26,268 nt of DNA, from IMG/VR virus record IMGVR_UViG_3300017448_000045, positions 1 through 26,268 of that record. One strand, written 5' to 3'. The notes below the pieces were generated by a model. It was not told where the DNA came from, did not search any database, and saw nothing but the letters and a program-made list of their open reading frames with translations. This document shows positions 1-6,188 of this stretch, piece by piece. The position numbers were made by a program, and so were the translations under genes. Origin of the DNA: a virus (Duplodnaviria > Caudoviricetes). Within the stretch, counting starts at the first letter, position 1. Each line of letters opens with the position of its first letter.

Positions 1-2
1 CG

Positions 3-92
3 CTTGCGATCCATAACAAAGGAAAGTTGGCTACTTTAGACCGGGGAATTCAGGAGTGGGCGCCAGCGGGATCGGTCGAGGTTATTAGCTAA
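3..92 (+). CDS. vapC: 3' end of a PIN-domain (VapC-type) toxin, truncated at window edge
   Basis: Frame 3 reads LAIHNKGKLATLDRGIQEWAPAGSVEVIS*, matching the C-terminal LA-x(3-4)-G-x-LAT[LF]D pattern of VapC PIN ribonucleases. Only 29 aa visible; not in the ORF track. Confidence 0.7.
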   Translation, partial: LAIHNKGKLATLDRGIQEWAPAGSVEVIS

Positions 93-116
93 CGGTGCAG
101 TTGCCGGGCGCACACT

Positions 117-332
117 TTACATAATACCTGGACCCTGCTCTCGATCGCGATTCGGACCTTGGGGATCGGTCGGATCGGGAGCCGTTGCCTTCTTGCCCCA
201 ACGTGCTTGGGCGGCCAGCCGCGCGATGCGCGTGCGCTCTTCGGCGGTCATCTTCGTCATGCGGGCACGCGCTCCACGCCTGCCAAACTCCACCGCCAAC
301 GGGTCTTTCGGGATTGCCATTTGGTCTGCCAT
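117..332 (-). CDS. Small basic protein with KDPxAVxxGRRG...ERxxIARxAAxARW motif (KGG-like, putative nucleic-acid binding)
   Basis: KDPLAVEFGRRGARARMTKMTAEERTRIARLAAQARW. Start uncertain (ATG 332, ATG 320 or track start 368). Confidence 0.7.
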   Translation of the reverse strand: MADQMAIPKDPLAVEFGRRGARARMTKMTAEERTRIARLAAQARWGKKATAPDPTDPQGPNRDREQGPGIM

Positions 333-452
333 GCGCACCTTTGTACCTGAATGCTCAGCCTTGAGCAAGGAAAATCTGTGGACCCCTATTGAAAATGGTT
401 ACTGATCGACGACCCGGTCAATCCAGTGTGTCAGAATTTACACGCCACTTTC

Positions 453-503
453 TGTTGAACGACACAAACCGTCGAACAACAGAAACCGTTGAACGACAGA
501 AAA
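453..503. repeat. Three tandem 17-bp imperfect direct repeats (iteron/operator-like)
   Basis: tgttgaacgacacaaac (453-469), cgtcgaacaacagaaac (470-486), cgttgaacgacagaaaa (487-503). Each unit is quasi-palindromic. An AT-rich tract follows at about 511-572. Confidence 0.85.
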
Positions 504-753
504 TGCCCCTGAAGTATCTAAGTATTTATCTTGGTAAGAGTCTTTAGAGCTTTGAGAGTTTTTCTCTTGGTTAGGGGTCCCCATCGCGCAATCGCCGCCC
601 TGACTCCAAAGCATTGCGGAGGCGCTTCGCGCGATCTCAAACCTAAAAAGGCAATTTCTGGACGTGCAACGTCAAAGGCTGCCTGTCGAGACGGCAAAGC
701 AAACCGAGGTCCAACTGGGAACAGGGATCGAGCGGAAAAGCGGGAGGGAAAAT

Positions 754-1167
754 CTAAAGCGCGGAGACTTCGACGCAGTACGAGTAGCTCACGGGAGTTT
801 CAGCGCGGACTCGAGCGGCGGCGGTTTCGCCCAGTTCGTCGATGTAGAGTTGCGACCAGGACGGGTAGCGGCCTTCGTTGGTTTTCGAGAAAGTGAACAC
901 GGGTGCGCCGCGCTCCGGCTTCCAGTCCCCCGCTTCCAGGCGTTTTGAGCCGAGTCGATCGACTTCTTTCGGGGAGAGTTTTTTCAGCTCGTCTTCCGAC
1001 TTCACGCCTAGAACTTTTTCGGCCAGCGCGAGGCGTCGGAATTTTAATTCCTTCTTGGCGTTCGAGGCTTTCTTTTCCGCGTCGGCGTGTTTCCGCTCCC
1101 ACTCGGCGAGTTCCGAGAGTTCGTCTTTGGTGACGAGAGCGGCTTCGAGTTTTGTGGCGGCGTGCAT
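754..1167 (-). CDS. Hypothetical phage protein (137 aa, N-terminal coiled coil)
   Basis: Start revised to ATG 1167 (MHAATKLEAALVTKDELSELAEWERK), just after the upstream stop at 1176. Charged helical composition. Confidence 0.75.
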   Translation of the reverse strand: MHAATKLEAALVTKDELSELAEWERKHADAEKKASNAKKELKFRRLALAEKVLGVKSEDELKKLSPKEVDRLGSKRLEAGDWKPERGAPVFTFSKTNEGRYPSWSQLYIDELGETAAARVRAETPVSYSYCVEVSAL

Positions 1168-1175
1168 GTGTAGTT

Positions 1176-1532
1176 TTAAAGCGACAACCCATTCAGTGCG
1201 ACGGCCGCGTTGGCGGTCATGCGTGCGTCCCGGATCAAACGGATCGCGGCGGAGCGGTCGGCGCTCAACGGGCAATTTTGCAAAACGATTTCCGCGAAAT
1301 TCTTGGCCGCCTGGTTGATGGCTGAAAACTTCGGCAGCGTCTCCGGAGTGGGCGGATGGTAGGAAAACATCTCGGCGAGGATCTCGGAGCTGGACATCGG
1401 GCGCGAGCACCCTTTGACATCGCGCCGGTCGAAGCCGGGGTCCACTAAGTGGCTGTGTGGAGATCGATTAGCTTCTGCCCAACCGAGGCCGGGTACTTGC
1501 GGAGCCTGCGTTTTCTCTTGGTCGTAACACAT
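1176..1532 (-). CDS. Acb2/Tad1-like helical-hairpin protein (putative anti-CBASS/anti-Thoeris nucleotide sponge)
   Basis: FSYHPPT...AKNFAEIVLQNCPLSADRSAAIRLIRDARMTANAAVA matches the FxYHxP...P-x-SxxxSxAIxxLxxAxMxANAAIA pattern of that family. Start is 1532 (possibly leaderless) or 1397 (73 aa). Confidence 0.7.
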   Translation of the reverse strand: MCYDQEKTQAPQVPGLGWAEANRSPHSHLVDPGFDRRDVKGCSRPMSSSEILAEMFSYHPPTPETLPKFSAINQAAKNFAEIVLQNCPLSADRSAAIRLIRDARMTANAAVALNGLSL

Positions 1533-1538
1533 GCGGCC

Positions 1539-1544
1539 ACTCTA
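1539..1544 (-). promoter_or_regulatory. Possible -10 element for a leaderless transcript
   Basis: TAGAGT lies 6 nt upstream of ATG 1532 on the minus strand, with no Shine-Dalgarno. No convincing -35. Confidence 0.35.
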
Positions 1545-1664
1545 CCGTTCCACGCCTTTCGTCACCTAGCGATTCCCGCAGGAAACCCAAACCGAGGTAA
1601 CCAGGCACTGCGGCTGTTTACTTCCCTGAGTCCAGCCAGAAGCCCCCTTCTCGCCCTCGGAAGA

Positions 1665-1700
1665 GTTTGTTAGCAAACCCATGGTAGTTTGTTAACAAAC
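1665..1700. promoter_or_regulatory. Twin 14-bp palindromic operators flanking an extended -10
   Basis: GTTTGTTAGCAAAC (1665-1678) and the perfect palindrome GTTTGTTAACAAAC (1687-1700), 22 bp apart. TGgTAGTTT at 1682-1690. Lies in a divergent intergenic region. Confidence 0.75.
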
Positions 1701-1718
1701 ATCCCAGGAGGGAATCGA

Positions 1719-2096
1719 ATGGGCCGTCCACGCCAATCGCAAGTCTGCTGTTCGTCGAAGTGTCGCCGGGAAATCCAGCCGCACGAGAAGGGAATCGCGG
1801 TCACACTCTTCGCGCAAACCTTGGGGATGGGAGCCCGCAAGACTTCAAAATCCGAGCGGCTCTATCTCTGCCCACAGTGCGCGTTCCGCGTCGCGAGTGA
1901 GACCATGCCGCCGAAAACCGCTCCCGTCGATCTCGCCTACTTTAAAATCCTGCTCGACCTGGCGGGGTTTGATCCCTCCGTGGCGCGGGCCACGTTCGAG
2001 CAGCTCCAGCAGCGCCGCCAGGAAATTCTCTACCCGATCGCGCTTCCGGAGCCCGAGATCCTTCCGCCGGCGAGACGGTTGAAAGAGGCGAGCTAA
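1719..2096 (+). CDS. Putative Zn-finger protein (125 aa), possible regulator
   Basis: Strong SD AGGAGGGA before ATG 1719. N-terminal GRPR, then CCSSKC and LCPQC motifs. Confidence 0.8.
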   Translation: MGRPRQSQVCCSSKCRREIQPHEKGIAVTLFAQTLGMGARKTSKSERLYLCPQCAFRVASETMPPKTAPVDLAYFKILLDLAGFDPSVARATFEQLQQRRQEILYPIALPEPEILPPARRLKEAS

Positions 2097-2206
2097 TTCA
2101 GTAGGCCCGTGGCGATCCCGATCAAAAGAAGCAAGCCCACCGTCAGCCATAGAGTTAACGTGGCAACTGCGGTGTAGAGCGCGACGTGAACGAGAAAGTC
2201 CAACAT
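2093..2206 (-). CDS. Very hydrophobic 37-aa membrane peptide at end of lysis cassette
   Basis: MLDFLVHVALYTAVATLTLWLTVGLLLLIGIATGLLN*. Starts 6 nt after the upstream stop and fills the gap exactly. Below the ORF-track cutoff. Confidence 0.6.
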   Translation of the reverse strand: MLDFLVHVALYTAVATLTLWLTVGLLLLIGIATGLLN

Positions 2207-2212
2207 AGAGGG

Positions 2213-2392
2213 CTAGATCTTCGCGGAAACTTTCGCGAGCAGGGAAGCGACGTCCACGCGAATCTGTCCGACTTCCTCGGTGACGTGCGTCTTAATCGAC
2301 GCGGCTTCGGCCAGCACTACTTTTGAGAAGAGGATGCCGGCGCCGAACGAAACCACGGCGATAGCGGGGATGACGATGATGAGTGGATCCAT
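2213..2392 (-). CDS. 59-aa single-TM membrane protein (lysis accessory candidate)
   Basis: SD AGGAG before ATG 2392. MDPLIIVIPAIAVVSFGAGILFSK TM helix followed by an amphipathic helix. Confidence 0.75.
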   Translation of the reverse strand: MDPLIIVIPAIAVVSFGAGILFSKVVLAEAASIKTHVTEEVGQIRVDVASLLAKVSAKI

Positions 2393-2429
2393 GGAAGTGT
2401 TCTCCTGAAAGAATTTGTGAAAAGTGCTT

Positions 2430-2849
2430 TTAGTGCCCGTTGCCATTGCCGCTGGTTTTGTCGTAGCTCCGCATCGCCCCGAGCCCCAGCATCCCGAGCA
2501 ACACCGGCATCATGTCGGCAATGTCGAGCGCGGGCATCTTCGCGATATCGAAATTGACTTTGAAGGCGACCAGGGCAAATTGCATGAAGGGTTGCAGGAT
2601 GTAGACGTAGACGAAGGCCGCGCCGCACGCCCAGCCGACGAACGGCCGCCAACCCGCTACGAACGTGGATTTCGAACCGGCTTCGGCCTGGTCGACAGTG
2701 AGCTGCCCGGTGATCTGATCCAGTTCGCCTTTGGTCTGCATCTCGATGAGTTGTATCTTGGCGGCGGCCGCTGCCGTCTTATCCGGGACGAGACGGTCGA
2801 TCAGTGTCGAGCCTAAGCTGAGAGCTGCGGTGATGGGATCGAATGCCAT
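2430..2849 (-). CDS. Holin, 3TM/GTA-holin family
   Basis: MAFDPITAALSLG...SKSTFVAGWRPFVGWACG...MLGLGAMRSYDK carries the family-diagnostic WRP motif. Adjacent to the endolysin. Start revised to ATG 2849. Confidence 0.92.
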   Translation of the reverse strand: MAFDPITAALSLGSTLIDRLVPDKTAAAAAKIQLIEMQTKGELDQITGQLTVDQAEAGSKSTFVAGWRPFVGWACGAAFVYVYILQPFMQFALVAFKVNFDIAKMPALDIADMMPVLLGMLGLGAMRSYDKTSGNGNGH

Positions 2850-2869
2850 GATTATTTTTCCTTTTCTGT

Positions 2870-3304
2870 TTACGCGTTGAATTCCGCTTCTTCGTCTTCG
2901 CGCCGGAGTAAGAGTCCCGCCACAACTTTGCCGCCGGCGTGATCCCACTTTTCAAATTCGGCGGCGGCGGTCAGATAATCGCCGGCGTTCAAATCTTTCA
3001 GCAGCGTGGAATTGTTGAGCGCTCCGCGTCCGAGATTGAAAGCGAAATCACAGAGCGCATCGAACTCGCCTTGCGTGAGTGAAACTTTTACGTGCGTGTT
3101 CACGTCGGCTTCGCTCGCCGCCATGTCTTCGACTAACCAGGCGTCGGCTTGCTCTTGCGTGCAGACGTCTCCTTGGCTGACTCCGAAGGTGTGGCCCCAG
3201 CCGATCGTCCAGACTTTTCCGAGTGCGTCCCAGTAGGCGACGAGGCGGCACTGCTCGAATCGTTTGGTGAGAGCGAAACCGGAAATCGAATATTTCATCG
3301 TCAT
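2870..3304 (-). CDS. Endolysin, GH24 (T4/P22-type) lysozyme
   Basis: Catalytic E-x8-D-x6-T in FEQCRLVAYWDALGKVWTIGWGH, plus QGEFDALCDFAFNLG and GLLLRREDE. No SAR domain. Start ATG 3304 or 3298. Confidence 0.96.
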   Translation of the reverse strand: MTMKYSISGFALTKRFEQCRLVAYWDALGKVWTIGWGHTFGVSQGDVCTQEQADAWLVEDMAASEADVNTHVKVSLTQGEFDALCDFAFNLGRGALNNSTLLKDLNAGDYLTAAAEFEKWDHAGGKVVAGLLLRREDEEAEFNA

Positions 3305-3477
3305 GTTTGGGCTATAGCTTCGGGGTTCCGATCGCGCTGCCGGCATGCTGCGGCCGCAGCTCCGATCGGAGGCGGAAAACGGCGTCCGGCGCGCAGTTCG
3401 TTAGATTGGCTTTAAGTTATGAATTATTTATAGAAGATGAGGTCTAGAATGGTCCTCATTAACGGAGGAGAGGAAGC

Positions 3478-3744
3478 ATGATCAAAATGCAAGCCGGATT
3501 CGCGTTGAACCTGCTGGGAGATGGCACAACGTCTAGTTTTTCTTTCGACATAACGAAAGCGCCCGTCAACTTCAACGTGAATGGCCAGAATCCTACGGCG
3601 GCTAAGTTTATCGACCCAGTCACCGGGGCGTTTACGAACGCCACTCTCACTGGTGGCCACGTCGTCGGGATGACGTTTTCCGCCGCACCTCCGGCCGGAA
3701 CGGGAACCAATGTAAGCGTGATTCTTATGTTTGATGGAATCTGA
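3478..3744 (+). CDS. 88-aa beta-rich protein, opposite strand to the late operon
   Basis: Strong SD GGAGGAG and AT-rich upstream region. GDGTTSSF...MTFSAAPPAG resembles tail-fibre adaptor-type beta-sandwich modules. Converges on the gene ending at 3747. Confidence 0.75.
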   Translation: MIKMQAGFALNLLGDGTTSSFSFDITKAPVNFNVNGQNPTAAKFIDPVTGAFTNATLTGGHVVGMTFSAAPPAGTGTNVSVILMFDGI

Positions 3745-3746
3745 GA

Positions 3747-4370
3747 TCATTTGTAAAAAATGACGGCTGTTGCAGGTGAAGCGCACGCGGACGCGCCGTT
3801 GTAGGCGCTGGACACGCCGACACTGATGCCGGTTGCGTAGGCGCTCATCGAGTACGAGCCAGGCTGCAGCGTTAAAGTCCCAGAGGCGGGGATCGCGAAG
3901 GAGTAGGTCGCTGCAGTGCCGAGCACCGGAGCGGAAGCCGCGTTGATGAATTGCAAATAACAAACGGAAGCTGCGCCGTTGGTTACCTGGAAGCCGTAGA
4001 GGCCCCCTGCTGCGGCCTTCACCACGACGGCCGTCGTCAGCGCGGATTGCGAAGATGCGGAAAGCGCGTTCCCGGCGCCGGTGCTCGGGCTGACGGTGAC
4101 CGCGACGTTGTTGGTGATGAAGGCGTTGGTGCTGGGGCATTCAGTGCCGGTCGGCGCGGTGCCGTAGGCCGAGATGCAGGCGGTGACGTTGTTCGTGCCA
4201 TCCGTCAGGATCACGTTGCCGATGGTGTTGCCGCCGGCCGGGAGCGCCCCCGTAATCGTGGCGCTGCCGGAAAAGTTTTGTCCCTGATAGGCTGCGAGGC
4301 TTGCAAACAGCAATGCAACGAACAACAGCAACGCGAATGCGATCCCCATCCGAGTGAAAAAGTGTTTCAT
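3747..4370 (-). CDS. Signal-peptide-bearing virion-type (decoration/fibre-like) protein
   Basis: N-terminus MKHFFTRMGIAFALLLFVALLFASLAA. LPAGGNTIGNV motif. C-terminal VVKAAAGGLYG...YLQFINAASAPVLG...TGISV beta domain of a type I recognise from phage structural proteins. 4 Cys. Confidence 0.8.
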   Translation of the reverse strand: MKHFFTRMGIAFALLLFVALLFASLAAYQGQNFSGSATITGALPAGGNTIGNVILTDGTNNVTACISAYGTAPTGTECPSTNAFITNNVAVTVSPSTGAGNALSASSQSALTTAVVVKAAAGGLYGFQVTNGAASVCYLQFINAASAPVLGTAATYSFAIPASGTLTLQPGSYSMSAYATGISVGVSSAYNGASACASPATAVIFYK

Positions 4371-4399
4371 TTGTATTTTTCCTTCCCTCTCTTACATCT

Positions 4400-6181
4400 T
4401 CATTGGCATGTCACTCCTAAACTAAAAGCCGTTCCCACCGAGCGGGTGCACCCCAGAATCCCCGGCGTGGACGTGATTGGCAGAACTGCGAGAAACACAT
4501 CCGTGCGGCCGTTGCCGTAGTCTGTCCAGGTGCAGCTTCCATCGGACTGGGTTCCGCCGAGCGTCTGATTCCAGGTTCCCGGCTCGCTCGCTCCACTGGT
4601 GCAGCTCGACGTGATTCCGAACGAGTAATAACCCAGCGCCCCTCCGCTGCTGCCCGATCCGGGATTGCCCACGGTTGGAGTGATGATCGCGTTCGCGGCG
4701 TAGGCGTGATTCGCTTGCCAGTTGGGCAGGGTGACGCTGCATCCCACATGTACGCCGTCGATGCAGCCGAGTGTTCCGAGAAAGTCAGGCGACCACAGCA
4801 GATATTTTCCGTCCTGCGAAACGCTCTCTGTCAGGTATGCCAGCTCCAAACTGGAATAGGAATGGAAGGCTCGATAGGTGATCGCGCTGCCGACGGGCGT
4901 CGTTGCTTGAATCAGGAATTCGTTGTCCCAGGCGTAAGTCGTCGTCCCATTCGCAGGGGCGTAGGGCGCTACGAAAAATGGCGCGGTGTCGGTCGAGTTG
5001 TCGTTGGCCCACGCCAGATGCGATTCGTTCTGCTGCTCGGGTGAGGGATAGCCCGTGGTGAGTGAAGGCAGCGAGACGTTGGTGTTCGGGGCCAGCATGG
5101 TGTTTATGAACATGCCGTTCACGTTGCCCACCGGGGCGCTCGCGCCGTCGCACTTGTTGACCCAGGAGTTGTAGCCGATCGCGGAGTGGCCGCAGCCGTT
5201 GACGCCGTTGGAATAATTGACGGTGGTGGTGCCGACGTTCCAGAGGTAATTGTTGAGGCTGCTGGGGCAGGTGCCGGTGCAGATTCCCTGCTGCACTTTG
5301 ACCCAGCTTCCACCCTTCGCGCCGCGCATATTGTGAATGGTGAACGTGACCGCGCTTCCCGCCGTGATGGTGCCCTGATCGACTCCCGCGTTGAAAACGT
5401 GAGCGGTTCCCGTATTCCAGTAGGAGCAGCCGGTCGTCCGGTTCCAGGCGATCACATAGACGTTGCCGGTGCTCTCCGAATTTACTGTGCTGCTCGCGTT
5501 GACGAAGAAGGTCTGATCGTCCCCGCTCACTGTGACCTGCGTTCCGAAAGCGCTGGCATCCCCGGAGAGCGCCGAAATGCTGCACGCCGTGCTGAGATCA
5601 ACTAAAAGATTTGCCGAAGGATTGCAGGTGACGATTCCCCCGGAGCAGGTGGTGTCGTAAGAAAAAATTCCGATATCGAATTGCGGGCAGCCGCTGACTC
5701 CGGTCGAGCAGGCGTGCGCGTGGTACATCAGATAGGGCTGGGTGAAACTGAAAAAGGCCGAACCCACGCCCGGACTGACGAAGCTGGTGCTGCGGGTGAA
5801 GGTCAGCGCGCTTGCGTTGAATGCCCACAGTTGCTGCCAGTTTCCATCCTGACAAAGCGTGACCCGGTTGTCGTTCATCTCCCAGGTGTGCACTTCCGAA
5901 CTGGCGTCGCAGGAAGTGACGTAGCCGTCATGCTGGGAGCTCTGTCCTCCAGTGCTGTTGTCGGTCACGCCCACGAAGGGAGTTAAAGGAAAATCCGAGG
6001 GAGTAAATTGGTAATTCGCGCGTCCGGTGAGGGATCCGCCTCCAGTGCAGCCGGAACTCGATGGACAAGGCAGCGAACCGGGATAAGGCTGCGCCGTGAA
6101 ATCGGTGCGCGCGGAGTAGCTCTGCCCGAACGCCGCCCCTGAGAGCAGCAAGACGAACGCAAGTTGTAAAAAGCGTTTCAC
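4400..6181 (-). CDS. Secreted Cys-rich beta-propeller-like protein with CBM5/12-like insert
   Basis: GTG start. Signal peptide MKRFLQLAFVLLLSGAAFG/Q. TolB/PD40-like blade motifs (VSGDDQTF, VSQDGKYLLWS, RTDVFLAVL). WQANHAY...TSGASEPGTW...DGSCTW module. 20 Cys. Confidence 0.8.
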   Translation of the reverse strand: MKRFLQLAFVLLLSGAAFGQSYSARTDFTAQPYPGSLPCPSSSGCTGGGSLTGRANYQFTPSDFPLTPFVGVTDNSTGGQSSQHDGYVTSCDASSEVHTWEMNDNRVTLCQDGNWQQLWAFNASALTFTRSTSFVSPGVGSAFFSFTQPYLMYHAHACSTGVSGCPQFDIGIFSYDTTCSGGIVTCNPSANLLVDLSTACSISALSGDASAFGTQVTVSGDDQTFFVNASSTVNSESTGNVYVIAWNRTTGCSYWNTGTAHVFNAGVDQGTITAGSAVTFTIHNMRGAKGGSWVKVQQGICTGTCPSSLNNYLWNVGTTTVNYSNGVNGCGHSAIGYNSWVNKCDGASAPVGNVNGMFINTMLAPNTNVSLPSLTTGYPSPEQQNESHLAWANDNSTDTAPFFVAPYAPANGTTTYAWDNEFLIQATTPVGSAITYRAFHSYSSLELAYLTESVSQDGKYLLWSPDFLGTLGCIDGVHVGCSVTLPNWQANHAYAANAIITPTVGNPGSGSSGGALGYYSFGITSSCTSGASEPGTWNQTLGGTQSDGSCTWTDYGNGRTDVFLAVLPITSTPGILGCTRSVGTAFSLGVTCQ

Positions 6182-6188
6182 GGAAGAA

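Noticed and set aside
453-503. CRISPR or mini-array reading of the 17-bp repeats
   Set aside because: The repeats are contiguous with no spacers, and there are no cas genes.
531-948. Plus-strand ORFs 531-896 and 664-948 as a replication initiator carrying the iterons
   Set aside because: They start after the repeats, overlap a better minus-strand gene and lack any HTH or initiator features.
560-1598. Short direct repeats TTTTCTCTTGGT (560, 1511) and CAAACCGAGGT (700, 1588) around the two-gene block, as att sites or insertion scars
   Set aside because: Matches of 11-12 bp with inconsistent spacing are plausible by chance, and no recombinase is nearby.
1545-1660. tRNA or ncRNA in the divergent intergenic region
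   Set aside because: Only short 5-6 bp stems (CCGCAG/CTGCGG, GGCTG/CAGCC), with no cloverleaf or T-loop consensus.
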